Assembly (NCBI GenBank): GCA_964016885.1
Contig: OZ024766.1
Span: 9,982,001-10,046,000 of the forward strand
Length of the DNA stretch: 64,000 nucleotides
DNA from: Eledone cirrhosa
Lineage: Eukaryota
Reading direction: 5' to 3'
Shown: positions 27,815 through 41,825 of the stretch, one piece after another
Layout of the letters: every line of letters begins with the position of its first letter
Numbering within the stretch: position 1 is the first letter of the stretch
The notes under the pieces: generated by a model
What the model saw: the letters and a program-made list of their open reading frames with translations, nothing else
What the model was told of the DNA's origin: nothing
Database searches by the model: none
Translations under genes and position numbers: made by a program

Positions 27815-28039
27815 ATATATATATATATATATACACTAAGTTAATTGGGCGCCTGGCACCTTTTAAGTCCAGCTCTATGTAGGTCCGTTTTAAATCCAAC
27901 AGAGTTATTAATAAATGTAATCCATCCGTGACATTCCCATCGATTCTTACTCCTGCTTTATATAAACACGAAGCTGTACTTTCTGTAGTCCGGGGCCAAC
28001 GACATTGGAGGGGGAGTGGTAGGTATGTAAGCGTGGTGT

Positions 28040-28975
28040 CTGTGTTTTAGGAGAGGAATTTGGCTGCTATTTCTAACAGGTCCGGTCCAGTTGGTTTATA
28101 GAGGTTGGCCGTTGAAGTGATGTGATGTTATGTGATGTGATGTTATGTGATGTGGTGGCTTTAATGCCTAGTCTTGCTGTGGTCGAAATAAACAAGCGAG
28201 TGTTTGTGAGAGTGTGTATGTTCGAATGAAGATTTGGCTGCTATTTCTAACAGGTCAAGTCCAGTTGGTTTATAGAGGTTGGCCGTTGAAGTGATGTGAT
28301 GAGGTGTTATGTGATGTGGTGGCTTTAATGCCTAGTCTTGCTGTGGTCGAAATAAACAAGCAAGTGTTTGTGAGAGAGTGTGTATGTTTCGAATGAAGAT
28401 TTGGCTGCTATTTCTAACAGGTTCGGTCCATTCTGCTCATAGAGACAGGCTGGTGAACTGAAGTGATGTGGTGTAGTGGCTGTAATGCCTAGTCATGCTG
28501 TGGTCATAATAAAGAAGAGTAGGTTTGTAAGGGTTTGTATTTCGAATGAAGATTTGGCTGCTATTTCTAACAGGTTCGGTCCAGTTTGTTCATAGAAGCA
28601 GGCTGGCTGATGAAGTGATGTGATGTGGTGGCTGGAATGCCTTGCCTTGCTGTGGTCGTCGTAAACGCGTGTGTTTGTGAAGGTGTATGTGTATTTGGAA
28701 TGAAGATTTGGCTGCTATTTCTAACAGGCTCGCTCCAGTTTGTTCATAAATGCTGGTTAATGATGTGGTGTGATGTGGTGGCTGTAATGCCTTACCTTGC
28801 TGTAGTCATAAACAAGCGGGTGCTTCTGTGTATATATATATATATATATTGAAGGTGTATTTCGAAGCTACATTTGGCTGCTATTTCTAGCAACTCCCAT
28901 TCAGCGGTTCACAGAAGCTTCCTTCCTTGGCTGGCTGAATGAAGTGAAGTGATGTGATGTGGTGGCTGTAATGCC
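28040..28975. repeat. Diverged tandem repeat, about 6 units of 150-175 bp
   Basis: ATTTGGCTGCTATTTCTA recurs near 28059, 28232, 28399, 28552, 28706, 28872. Confidence 0.8.
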
Positions 28976-29648
28976 TCGCCCTCCCTCATCTCTCTGTCAC
29001 TCTTATAAATTCTCCATAGTAAATATTATTGTCAGTAATATTACCTGTCGGTGTTGGTGGAATTTGTGTCCCTGACAAAAAAACCTCCTCCCTTTCAACA
29101 CCACCACCTACCCTATCTATTGCTACTACTATTACTACCCGGACAGTGCATGATATACCATTGTGTTTAGGTGTGCTTAAGCACAGGGCCCTGTTGGTCA
29201 GTATGGAAGGGGGCTATCTTCCAGCCACCAAAATGTTTACGATGAATTACCTCCTTCAGGTTCCAAGTAAAGGGAGCCTCATAACTTAACTAGCACAGGG
29301 CCTCTTTCGTTCTAAACCCGACAACTGTACCCCGATATAGGTAAACTTTATAATTCAGACCTAAAACCCCGCAACAAAGTATGCTACGGGATAAAGCGAA
29401 CGAGCTGAAACTTCGAAGTCCCTATTCAACTTTTCTGCTCAGAAAATAAAATAATTGCATTCTACTTACACAAGGCGAGACCTCGAGCAATTAACCTTTA
29501 AGTGTTTTGGAGATATATATATATATCCGTCCCACCCTTGCAAGCAGGGAAAAGCGGGCGTAAAATGATGATGATATATATATATAGGCTTTCTAAACTA
29601 CATATTTTACACATTTCACAATGCTTCAAGCAAACTTTAACACCCTCT

Positions 29649-29691
<43 letters not shown>

Positions 29692-29730
29692 GATATTAAT
29701 ATATGGAAACTATATTTATAAAACCATATT

Positions 29731-29795
29731 TATTTCATTATACATATTTCAGGGATACCAAATTAAATTATGGTATGCCTTCATCAGGAAAAATA
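29731..29795 (-). ncRNA. Hammerhead motif (core intact, stem I weakened)
   Basis: CTGATGA-AGGCATACCA...TGGTATCCCT-GAAA-TATGTA-TA-ATGAAATA. Confidence 0.55.
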
Positions 29796-30010
29796 CAATA
29801 TATAACAGTTTTACAAATAAGCTTTGACGTACCCTATTAAAATGCAACCAATGTTTTTGGAAGCCATCCGTCTTTTTCTTTCTCTCCGTCTTTTTCTAAT
29901 TGTCTTTATTAAAGTTATATAAACAATTCACTATCCGGATGACTTCCAAAAACAATGGTTGCATTTTAATAGGGTACGTCAAAGCTTATTTGTAAAACTG
30001 TTATATATTG

Positions 30011-30075
30011 TATTTTGTCTGATGAAGGCATACCATAATTTAATTTGGTATCCCTGAAATATGTATAATGAAATA
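30011..30075 (+). ncRNA. Type I hammerhead ribozyme motif
   Basis: TATTTTGT-CTGATGA-AGGCATACCA-TAATTTAATT-TGGTATCCCT-GAAA-TATGTA-TA-ATGAAATA. Confidence 0.72.
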
Positions 30076-30353
30076 GATATGGTTTTATAAATATCGTTTC
30101 CATTTATTAATATCGTAAACCTACTCCAAATACTTGTTGAGTGCTTTATATCAGTTATAAAAATATTTACTTGTTGTATCCCAACAATTTTAAATAGAAC
30201 TTTTGCATATATATATATATATGCAAAAGTTTTATTTAAAATTGTTGGGTTACAACGAGTAAATATTTTATAACTGATATAAAAGCACTCAACAGATTTT
30301 GGAGTAGGTTTACGATATTAAACAAATGGAAACTATATTTATAAAACCATATT

Positions 30354-30419
30354 TATTTCATTATATATATTTCTGGGATACCATATTAAAAATATGGTAT
30401 GCCTTCCTCAGACAAAATA
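30354..30419 (-). ncRNA. Type I hammerhead ribozyme motif
   Basis: TATTTTGT-CTGAGGA-AGGCATACCATAT...ATATGGTATCCCA-GAAA-TATATA-TA-ATGAAATA. Confidence 0.68.
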
Positions 30420-30587
30420 CAATATATAAGCCGTTTTATAAATAAATAAATTTGACGTACCATAGAATTTTGAACAACTTCCATTTAAAAAAGTTGGTTT
30501 GGTAGTGGACCAACTTTTTTAAATGGAAGTTGTTCAAAATTCTATGGTACGTCAAATTTATTTATTTATAAAACTGCTTATATATTG

Positions 30588-30653
30588 TATTTTATCTGAA
30601 GAAGGCATGCCATATTTTTAATATGGTATCCCTGAAATATGTATAATGAAATA
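30588..30653 (+). ncRNA. Type I hammerhead ribozyme motif
   Basis: TATTTTAT-CTGAAGA-AGGCATGCCATAT...ATATGGTATCCCT-GAAA-TATGTA-TA-ATGAAATA. Confidence 0.72.
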
Positions 30654-30742
30654 AATATGGTTTTATAAATATAGTTTCCATTTGTTTAATATCGTATATA
30701 TACATATATATAGTTATGTAATAAACAACATAAGATAATTAT

Positions 30743-30803
30743 TTCATTTACCATTGGTTTCTTGAAGGCAGATATTATGTCCGTCTTCAGTCGTCAGATT
30801 GAA
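30743..30803 (-). ncRNA. Type I hammerhead motif (mirror copy of 30832-30892)
   Basis: TTCAAT-CTGACGA-CTGAAG...CTTCAA-GAAA-CCAATGG-TA-AATGAA. Confidence 0.62.
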
Positions 30804-30831
30804 TAAATATGTTATTTAAAGATGTTATTTA

Positions 30832-30892
30832 TTCATTCTGACGACTGAAGACAGACATAACATCTGCTTTCAAGAAACCACTGGTAAATGAA
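30832..30892 (+). ncRNA. Type I hammerhead ribozyme motif
   Basis: TTCATT-CTGACGA-CTGAAGACAGA...TCTGCTTTCAA-GAAA-CCACTGG-TA-AATGAA. Confidence 0.72.
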
Positions 30893-30949
30893 ATAATTAT
30901 CTTATGTTGTTTATTACATAACTAAAAAGCTCTGTATCCTACATAGGGC

Positions 30950-31208
30950 ACTCTTTTTTTGCCATGGCACCTCCACGACCACTTTGCAGTGGAATGATAG
31001 GGACCCCAGTCCCTATCATCTCATTTCTACAGCTGAGTAAACTGGAGAAATGTGGTCGTGGAGGTGCCATGGCAAAGAAGCACCCAGCACTCACTGTAAA
31101 TGAGGTTGGTGTTAGGAAGGGCATCCAGCTGTAGAAATCAAGCCAGAATCAGTTCCCGTCCCACCCTTGCAAGCAGGGAAAAGTGGACGTAAAATGAAAT
31201 GATGATGA
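30950..31208 (+). mobile_element. Rearranged SINE B/C fragments with RTE-like tail
   Basis: Same motifs as 19636-20170. Confidence 0.7.
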
Positions 31209-31532
31209 TATATATATATATATGGGGGAGGGGGAAGAAAAAAAAGGGGGAGCTTTGCATTTGATCTTTTATAATCACCACCACCATCATCATTATTATT
31301 ATTATCCACTAATCAATACAGGGGATATGCCGCCATCCCTAGAGTTAAACGTTACAATATACCGAACGATTTAAAAAGGGGTCAGAAGGGAGGTAACTCT
31401 AATCTCTTTCGTCTTAATCCGAGGAGGTTTATTAGTTTTTAATCTGCCAAGACTTTGCACTCCTCGCTTCAACCACCACCACCACCACATAAGTATATTA
31501 AGCTGTATAATCTCACCCCCTCTCTCTCTCTC

Positions 31533-33235
<1,703 letters not shown>

Positions 33236-33280
33236 GTTAAAACAATGAAATAAAAAATCAAGTCATTAGAAATATACTTC

Positions 33281-33421
33281 ACTGCTTTACGATCGTTTCT
33301 AGGTGATGATAATACATTGTAACTATACTTCGATATTGATCTATGTAAAGTTAGTTATAAAATATCAGATAAAGAGAATATTTACTTACATGCATATCCA
33401 CCAGCTGTTGTCAAAAGCAAT
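33281..33421 (-). ncRNA. Decayed long-stem-II hammerhead, relative of 21678-21815
   Basis: ATTGCTT-TTGACAA (mutated core)-CAGC...CCTA-GAAA-CGATCG-TA-AAGCAGT. Confidence 0.45.
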
Positions 33422-33955
33422 AATAATTTTATTCAAAATTATTAGTAAATTAGTATTATGTTTAGTTCTATGACCATGTTTGGAGGTAGTTGAAGAACTA
33501 ACCAATCAGATCGCTTCTGTGTCTTTTATAGTGGTAATCTAATTTATTCGGTCCCCACTGTTACCATTGACTGACCAACGGTCAAAAATACAGATACAAT
33601 ATAGACACAAACACATATATATAGTTTATCAAAGTTCTTTCGTTGCACATCTGCAACATCGTCAGTGGTGCTATTGTTTCCTCCCGTTGCATTGTATTTT
33701 CTACGCCATCTTTATTTAGTCTGAAAATATATTTATTTATTACTTTATTTTATTTTGTCTTTGTGCATGTGTTTGCGTGTGTGTATAGTGTTTTGTTTGA
33801 TGTGTGTTCATGATTGGGTGGCTGTGTATTGGTAAATGTATTCTATCTATACTAGTGTGTGTTTATGTGTTTGTTGTTATTGTGCTTGTGTATGTATTTA
33901 TTTATACTTCTCTTAGGTCAGTGTTGTTTGTTTGTGTGTTGTTGTTATTCCATTC

Positions 33956-34018
<63 letters not shown>

Positions 34019-34468
34019 AACACTATATCATCATCATCATCATGATCGTTTAACGTCCATATTCCACGCTTGCATGGGTTTGGACGGGAGTTTTCCCACT
34101 TGAGGCAAGAGTGGTTGTCTTGCTCGAATAGGACTGTCTGGCGGGTTTTCTACGGCTGGATGCCCTTCCTAACACCAACCACATTTACAGTGTGGACTGG
34201 GAGGTTTTTACCGTGTTACCTACACGGCCACATTACAGCGTGGACTGTGTGTTTTTTTGTATATATATATATATATATATATACATACACACACAAACAC
34301 TGTATATACCCAAAATACATCAACAATAACAACAAACGCAAGATATATTTTATATATATTTTTTCTTCAACCTTGCCCCACCCTCCCATCGAAAGAGATA
34401 GAGGGAGAGGCAAAAACAGTTGTACAATATTGTATTTTATTATAACAAGAAGGAGAATTATAAATAAC

Positions 34469-34668
34469 NNNNNNNNNNNNNNNNNNNNNNNNNNNNNNNN
34501 NNNNNNNNNNNNNNNNNNNNNNNNNNNNNNNNNNNNNNNNNNNNNNNNNNNNNNNNNNNNNNNNNNNNNNNNNNNNNNNNNNNNNNNNNNNNNNNNNNNN
34601 NNNNNNNNNNNNNNNNNNNNNNNNNNNNNNNNNNNNNNNNNNNNNNNNNNNNNNNNNNNNNNNNNNNN
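34469..34668. other. Assembly gap (200 N) flanked by a ~0.8-kb direct duplication
   Basis: 33675-34468 is nearly identical to 34669-35497. Confidence 0.95.
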
Positions 34669-34952
34669 TGTTTCCTCCCGTTGCATTGTATTTTCTACGC
34701 CATCTTTATTTAGTCTGAAAATATATTTATTTATTACTTTATTTTATTTTGTCTTCTTTGTGCATGTGTTTGCGTGTGTGTATAGTGTTTTGTTTGATGT
34801 GTGTTCATGATTGGGTGGCTGTGTATTGGTAAATGTATTCTATCTATACTAGTGTGTGTTTATGTGTTTGTTGTTATTGTGCTTGTGTATGTATTTATTT
34901 ATACTTCTCTTAGGTCAGTGTTGTTTGTTTGTGTGTTGTTGTTATTCCATTC

Positions 34953-35013
<61 letters not shown>

Positions 35014-35519
35014 AACACTATATCATCATCATCATTTTATCATCATCATCATCATGATCGTTTAACGTCCATATTCCACGCTTGCATGGGTTTGGACGGG
35101 AGTTTTCCCACTTGAGGCAAGAGTGGTTGTCTTGCTCGAATAGGACTGTCTGGCGGGTTTTCTACGGCTGGATGCCCTTCCTAACACCAACCACATTTAC
35201 AGTGTGGACTGGGAGGTTTTTACCGTGTTACCTACACGGCCACATTACAGCGTGGACTGTGTGTTTTTTTGTATATATATATATATATATTTTATATATA
35301 TATATATATATACATACACACACAAACACTGTATATACCCAAAATACATCAACAATAACAACAAACGCAAGATATATTTTATATATATTTTTTCTTCAAC
35401 CTTGCCCCACCCTCCCATCGAAAGAGATAGAGGGAGAGGCAAAAACAGTTGTACAATATTGTATTTTATTATAACAAGAAGGAGAATTATAAATAACATA
35501 TATATTATATATAAATAAT

Positions 35520-36430
35520 AAGGGTTTCTGATTTGGGCACAAGGCCAGCAATTTGGGGGGAGGGGGGAGACGGGGGAAAGTTTATTAAATCGACCCCAGT
35601 ACATTACTGGTACTTTATTTTATCGACCCCTGTAAGGATGACAAGTAAAGCTGACCTAGGCGGAATTTAAACTCGGAACGTAAAGGGCCATAACTCTGTG
35701 CTGCAAAGCATGGCGTCCGACCCTCTGCCGATACTGCCAATCCCCCACCCTTATAATAATAATAAAACATAATAATTGTTTCTACTTTTGACACAAGGCC
35801 AGCAATTACCCCAGTGTATTACTGGTACTTTATTTTATCAACCCTGTAATAATTGTTTCTACTATTGGTACAAGGCCAGCAATTACTTCAGTGTATTACT
35901 GGTACTTTATTTTATCAACCCTGTAACAATTGTTTCTACTTTAGGCACAAGGCCAGCAATTACTCCAGTGTATTACTGGTACTTTATTTTATCAACCCTG
36001 TAACAATTGTTTCTACTTTAGGCACAAGGCCAGCAATTACCCCAGTGTATTACTGGTACTTTATTTTATCAACTCCGTGAGGGTGAAAAGTAAAGCTGAC
36101 CTAGGCGGAATTTGAACTCAGAACGTAAAGGGCCGTAACTTAATGCTGCAAAGCATGGTGTCCAACCCTCTACTGATACTGCCAATCCACCGGTTGCAAT
36201 GGAAGGGCTTCACTTAGGAGAAACCACCTCGCTGATCATGGTTCACCCCCTGTGCCAGGGGAAAGTCAAGCAAACTGACACCAGTGTATTGCTGGTACTT
36301 TATTTTGTCGACCCTGTAAAGATGAAAGGCAAAGTTAACCTCGACGAGATTTAAACTCAGAAGGTAGAGGGCCGTAACTCTGTGCCGTGATGCATGTTGT
36401 CCGACGCTCTATCTATACTGCCAATCTACA
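35520..36430 (-). mobile_element. Cluster of SINE family A copies with a short 77-bp tandem array (35770-36075)
   Basis: Same motifs as 5222-7643. Confidence 0.8.
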
Positions 36431-36449
36431 ACCTTCAAGGAAGATTAAA

Positions 36450-36960
36450 GAACATTAGTCTAGCCCCCTTTTTTTTTGGAACACTTCAAAAGGTATACTT
36501 GCTGGGGACAGCAAGAATCCTCCGAAACGTCCTGAATATCTGAAGCTGCAGCTAGCAAATTGTGATCAAGATCGTCCCGATTGTCACAGGAGCACCAGGT
36601 ATTTTCTCAAAGAGTTTTTAAGGATGGTTAAATTAGTCTAGCCCCTTTTTTTTTTTGGAACACTTCAAAAAGTATACTTGTTGGGGACAGCAAGAATCCT
36701 CCGAAACGTCCTGAATATCTGAGGCTGCAGCTAGCAGATTGTGATCAAGATAGTTTCGATTGTCACAGGAGCACTAGGTATTTTCTCGAAGAGATTTTAA
36801 GGATGGTTAAAGAACATTAGTCTAGCCCCCTTTTTTTTTTTGAACACTTCAAAAGGTATACTTGCTGGGGACAGCAAGAATCCTCCGAAACGTCCTGAAT
36901 ATCTGAAGCTGCAGGTAGAGGTTTGATTTGAACAAACTTTCCAGTTAAATAACATCAATG
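36450..36960 (+). mobile_element. Triplicated (~185 bp) 3' end of an R4/Dong-like RLE non-LTR ORF
   Basis: Encodes VPIVTGA.G and LQKVYLLGTARILRNVLNI*, typical C-terminal motifs of this group. Confidence 0.65.
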
Positions 36961-37262
36961 ACTGAGACTCAAAGAATAATAATAAAAATAATAATAATAA
37001 ATCTTGGCAAAATAATTAAATATAAATTATGAAATAATATAAATTAATTAGAAAATTTTCATCCACATAATTTGAATATTTGCAAAAGATACAAAAATTT
37101 TGCTGGAAACCTTGTAAGGTTTTTAACAGGAATAGAGTTTTAAGTATTATGTATATATATATATGTATGTATATATATATGTATGTATGTGTATGTATAT
37201 ATATATATATATACACATATATATCGTGTGTATATATATATATACATACACACATATATATC

Positions 37263-37303
<41 letters not shown>

Positions 37304-37308
37304 TATCG

Positions 37309-37344
<36 letters not shown>

Positions 37345-37419
37345 TATCGTGTATATATATATATATATATACACATATATATCGTATATATATATATATT
37401 TACATATATATATCGTATA

Positions 37420-37492
<73 letters not shown>

Positions 37493-37493
37493 C

Positions 37494-37531
<38 letters not shown>

Positions 37532-37532
37532 T

Positions 37533-37631
<99 letters not shown>

Positions 37632-37667
37632 TATCGTGTATATATATATATATACACATATATCGCG

Positions 37668-37701
<34 letters not shown>

Positions 37702-38049
37702 TATATTGTATATATATATATGTGCGTGTGTGTATGATTATATATATATATGTAAGTATATATGTTTATGTGTGCATATGTGTATATCTATGTGTGTATA
37801 TATATATGTATATACATATGTGTGTATACATGTATGTGTGTGTATATACATTTGTGTGAGTGGATATAGATATACATGTTCGTGTATACAAATATGTGTA
37901 CATACATATATATATATATGTATGTATATATATATATATATATATATATACATACATATATATATACACATACATATATATATGTATGTATATACATACA
38001 TATATATATACACATACATATATATATGTATGTATATATATGTACATAC

Positions 38050-38080
<31 letters not shown>

Positions 38081-38126
38081 TATATTTATAAATATATAGT
38101 GTGTATATATATACATATTGTGTATG

Positions 38127-38157
<31 letters not shown>

Positions 38158-38187
38158 TGTCTGTGAATATATATATATAGAAATTAC

Positions 38188-38288
<101 letters not shown>

Positions 38289-38306
38289 TGCGCGTGTGTG
38301 GGTACA

Positions 38307-40502
38307 TTAATGATTTATCTTCTCCTCCTCTTCTTTCTCGCGGAGTGCCTCAGCAGTCAAGCGCCGAGCGACCTCGTCAGCTTCCTTCAGCAGGTCCGCC
38401 TCTGTGTACTCAAAGTTCTTCCACGACTTGCGGTCGCCTGCGCGCATCACATTGTCCGAGCCGGAACGCTTTAGGTTTCGCTCCACCTCTTCCTTCACCT
38501 GCTTCACCTCGGTCATCAGGGCGTTAATGTTGACGGCGTCGAACCCCGAATAGATGCCATCGGCGGAGACCAACCCACAAATACCACCGGTACCGCTACC
38601 AGCATCCACCACCACGCCGACATCACCTTTCCCACTGCGATTGCCACCTTCCTCGTTTGTTGTCAGGTTCCCGAAAGTTATATTCTTTTCGTAGTTCTGC
38701 TTTTCGTTCCCACCATGGGACGGAGAAACTTTGTTGAGGTTGTTGCTTAAGTACTCGGACAAGCTGAGCGTATTGGTGTTGGTGTTGGTGTTGGTGTTGG
38801 TGTTGGGGTTCGTAGAGGCATTATTTGACGCCATTTTTGATTTCGACCGGGAGATATTATTACAATCGGTGTCTTTAATACTAGTAATATTATTGGCAGT
38901 GGTAGAGTTGGTGTTGTTAGTAGAATTGGTGTTTACCTTTGACCGATATATATTAGTAGCGTTAGTGATGTCCTTCGTCTGAGCTTTTGCAGCGCTGTTC
39001 GTATTATTTCTTATGGTGTTTGTGTTGATTTTCGTAGTGTAGGTCACTTTTGGACTGCCGTTTGAATGTGCCGTTCGCTTCTGTGATGGAGGTGTTGCTG
39101 TTGTTGTTGTTGTTGTTGTCGTCGTTGGTTTACGGGAAGGAGATGAAAAAGAGGAATTAATAGTAGTGATGGTAGTAGTATTGGTGGTAGTAGTAGTAGT
39201 AGTCGTAGTAGTGGAGGAGGTGGTGGTGGTGGTGTTGTCAGCGGCTGAGAAAAGGTGACTGTTGGATGAAGTCCGTTCGGGCGGCTGAGCGTCGCTCTTG
39301 CGTGCGGTGGTGACACTGTTGTTGGTGCTGCTGCTGCTGCTGTTGTTGTTGTTGTTGTTGTTGTTGCTGCTGCTGCTGCCGCCGGGAGCGGACGAGGAGG
39401 GGGGGACGGAGAATGAATCGGGCGGAGGGTTGGTGGGCGGTGTTGTTCTTGTTGTCGTCGTCGTCGTCGTCGTCGTCGTTGTGTAGGAATCGGGGCCGTG
39501 GCTCCCCGTGGGGAAACCACCTCCACCACCACCGCCACCGCCGCCACCTCCTCCACGGCTATCATCATCACCACCATCATCATCATCGCCGCCGCCGCCG
39601 CCATCGTTTTTACTGTCTTTCTTGCCGTACTTGTGTCGTTGGGGTCGCTGTCCGGGGTCAACCTGTTCGTTGGCTGTGGCGCTGGGGTCGTCGCGTTTCC
39701 TCAGTTGGTCAAGTCTGGCCTGGATCTCGGCATCGGGGTCAGGCAAGGAAGCTTCAAGGGCCACAGAGGAGGCGATCTCTTCAAGCAGGTCGTCAATTTG
39801 CTCCTGCTGGGTCCTCCGATCCGAAGCTCCCAGCAGCTTAAACGAGCACGCAGACCCACCACCGCCACCGCCACCGCCGCCCCCACCCCCACCGCCGCCG
39901 CCGCTTCCGCCCCCTCCTGTACCCCTGTACCGGTTCACGTCCATTCCTTTGATGGCTGCCAGCCTCTCTTCCAGTTGGGCCTCGGACTGCACTTCTTCTG
40001 GTCTCGGCCTGCCACGTAACCTTTCAAGTCGTTCAGCTATCTCGATGTCTGCTTGGGACATTCCATGGTACTTGGCCATTGCTGAAGCTCCCAGGGACGC
40101 CGAACCCAAACCTGAACTGGATTTATTCTTCACCGAAGACGAAGAAGAAGAGTACATCATGTGAGATTCCTTCTGCTTCAGGGCCTCCATTCTCTTCTTG
40201 TAGGCAAGCGGGGGTGACGATGGATATTGCATTTGGTTCCTGGGCTCACTCGATGTGGAAACCACATCTGGGGACACATTGCTGCTAGCACTGCTAGCAC
40301 TGGTCTTGCTACTGAGGTCGCCCCTAAGAAGCGCAAAGCAGCGGCTACAGACAGAACCCTTTGCGTTATTCAGTCGAGGAATCTCGATCCTCTTGCACAG
40401 GCATTTCGAACAGAAAACAAACCCGCAGTTTTTACATCCATGTTCCTTCCGGAAGATTCCAAACTCCAACCCACAGGAATAACACTGGCCCCCACCAGAC
40501 AT
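38307..40502 (-). CDS. ZFYVE19: ZFYVE19/ANCHR-like FYVE-type zinc-finger protein (abscission/NoCut checkpoint regulator), 731-aa uninterrupted ORF
   Basis: N-terminal [28 protein letters not shown]...[41 protein letters not shown] and [11 protein letters not shown] resemble ZFYVE19; long low-complexity middle. Confidence 0.8.
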   Translation of the reverse strand: MSGGGQCYSCGLEFGIFRKEHGCKNCGFVFCSKCLCKRIEIPRLNNAKGSVCSRCFALLRGDLSSKTSASSASSNVSPDVVSTSSEPRNQMQYPSSPPLAYKKRMEALKQKESHMMYSSSSSSVKNKSSSGLGSASLGASAMAKYHGMSQADIEIAERLERLRGRPRPEEVQSEAQLEERLAAIKGMDVNRYRGTGGGGSGGGGGGGGGGGGGGGGSACSFKLLGASDRRTQQEQIDDLLEEIASSVALEASLPDPDAEIQARLDQLRKRDDPSATANEQVDPGQRPQRHKYGKKDSKNDGGGGGDDDDGGDDDSRGGGGGGGGGGGGGFPTGSHGPDSYTTTTTTTTTTTRTTPPTNPPPDSFSVPPSSSAPGGSSSSNNNNNNNNSSSSSTNNSVTTARKSDAQPPERTSSNSHLFSAADNTTTTTSSTTTTTTTTTTNTTTITTINSSFSSPSRKPTTTTTTTTTATPPSQKRTAHSNGSPKVTYTTKINTNTIRNNTNSAAKAQTKDITNATNIYRSKVNTNSTNNTNSTTANNITSIKDTDCNNISRSKSKMASNNASTNPNTNTNTNTNTNTLSLSEYLSNNLNKVSPSHGGNEKQNYEKNITFGNLTTNEEGGNRSGKGDVGVVVDAGSGTGGICGLVSADGIYSGFDAVNINALMTEVKQVKEEVERNLKRSGSDNVMRAGDRKSWKNFEYTEADLLKEADEVARRLTAEALREKEEEEKINH

Positions 40503-40540
40503 GGGACCTACACCGACTAACTGACTTAGATAGGGGTCTT

Positions 40541-41520
40541 GATAGAGAAATCTAGATAGCAGGTTAGCTAGGGGTCTAGATAGAGAAATCTAGATAGCAG
40601 GTCAGCTAGGGGTCTAGATAGAGAAATCTAGATAGCAGGTAAGCTAGGGGTCTTGATAGAGAAATCTAGATAGCAGGTTAGCTAGGGGGCTAGATAGAGA
40701 AATCTAGATAGCAGGTTTGATAGGGGTCTAGATAGAGAAATCTAGATAGCAGGTCAGCTAGGGGTCTAGATAGAGAAATCTAGATAGCAGGTCAGCTAGG
40801 GGTCTAGATAGAGAAATCTAGATAGCAGGTTAGCTAGGGGTCTAGATAGAGAAATCTAGATAGCAGGTAAGCTAGGGGTCTTGATAGAGAAATCTAGATA
40901 GCAGGTTAGCTAGGGGGCTAGATAGAGAAATCTAGATAGCAGGTCAGCTAGGGGTCTAGATAGAGAAATCTAGATAGCAGGTTAGCTAGGGGTCTAGATA
41001 GAGAAATCTAGATAGCAGGTTTGATAGGGGTCTAGATAGAGAAATCTAGATAGCAGGTTAGCTAGGGGTCTAGATAGAGAAATCTAGATAGCAGGTTAGC
41101 TAGGGGGCTAGATAGAAGGGCCTAGATATTAAGTTTAGCTAGGGTTTTGGTAAGGGTCTAGTGAGTTTTGCAGGATTTAAATAGGGCTCTTGATAGAGAA
41201 ATTGGGATAGCAGGTTCGGCTAAGGGTTTTTGATCAGGTTTTCATAAGGGTCTAGTGAATTTTGCAGGACTTAAATAGTGGTTAGGGTTTTCATAGAGAG
41301 AAAGCTAGATAGCAGGTTTAGTTAGGGGGTCTTGATAGGGTTTTGGTAAGTGTCCACTAAGTTTTGCAGGATTTAGATAGGTGTTTAAATACAAGGGTCT
41401 AGATACAGAAAGCTAGATAACAGGTTTAGCTAGGGGTCTTTATAGGGTTTTGATAGGGGTCTAATGAGTTTTGTAGGATTTAGCTAGGGCTCTAGATAGA
41501 GAAACTGAGATAGCAGGTTT
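40541..41520. repeat. 38-bp minisatellite (about 15 units to 41115), then diverged units
   Basis: GATAGAGAAATCTAGATAGCAGGTTAGCTAGGGGTCTA at 40541, 40579... Confidence 0.93.
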
Positions 41521-41825
41521 TAGTAGAAGTGATAGTGGCAGTAGTGGTAGTTGTAGTAGCAGTGGTGGTGGTAGTAGTAGTGGTAGTAGTAGCAGTAGTA
41601 GTAGTAGTAGTGGTACTAGAAGTGTTGATAGTGGAAGTAATAGCAGTGGTAGTAGTAATAGTAGTAGTAGTGGTGGTAGTAGCAGTAGTGATGGTAGTAG
41701 TAGAAGCTGTTGTTGGTTCCTTTAATAGTATGGTATCAGAGAGTGAACTCCTTGCTGTATCTGGTGGTTGTGGTTGAGGTTGTAGTTGTAAACAAGAGCT
41801 GTAATAAAAACAAATAACAGGTTTT

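Noticed and set aside
29335-29428. GAAA-CTTCGAAG-TC palindromic stem III
   Set aside because: No CTGANGA found upstream; half motif only (likewise 27485-27525).
33627-33670. Hammerhead, minus strand (CTGACGA-TGTTGCA-GATG-TGCAAC-GAAA)
   Set aside because: Core and stem II are good but stems I and III are too weak to call.
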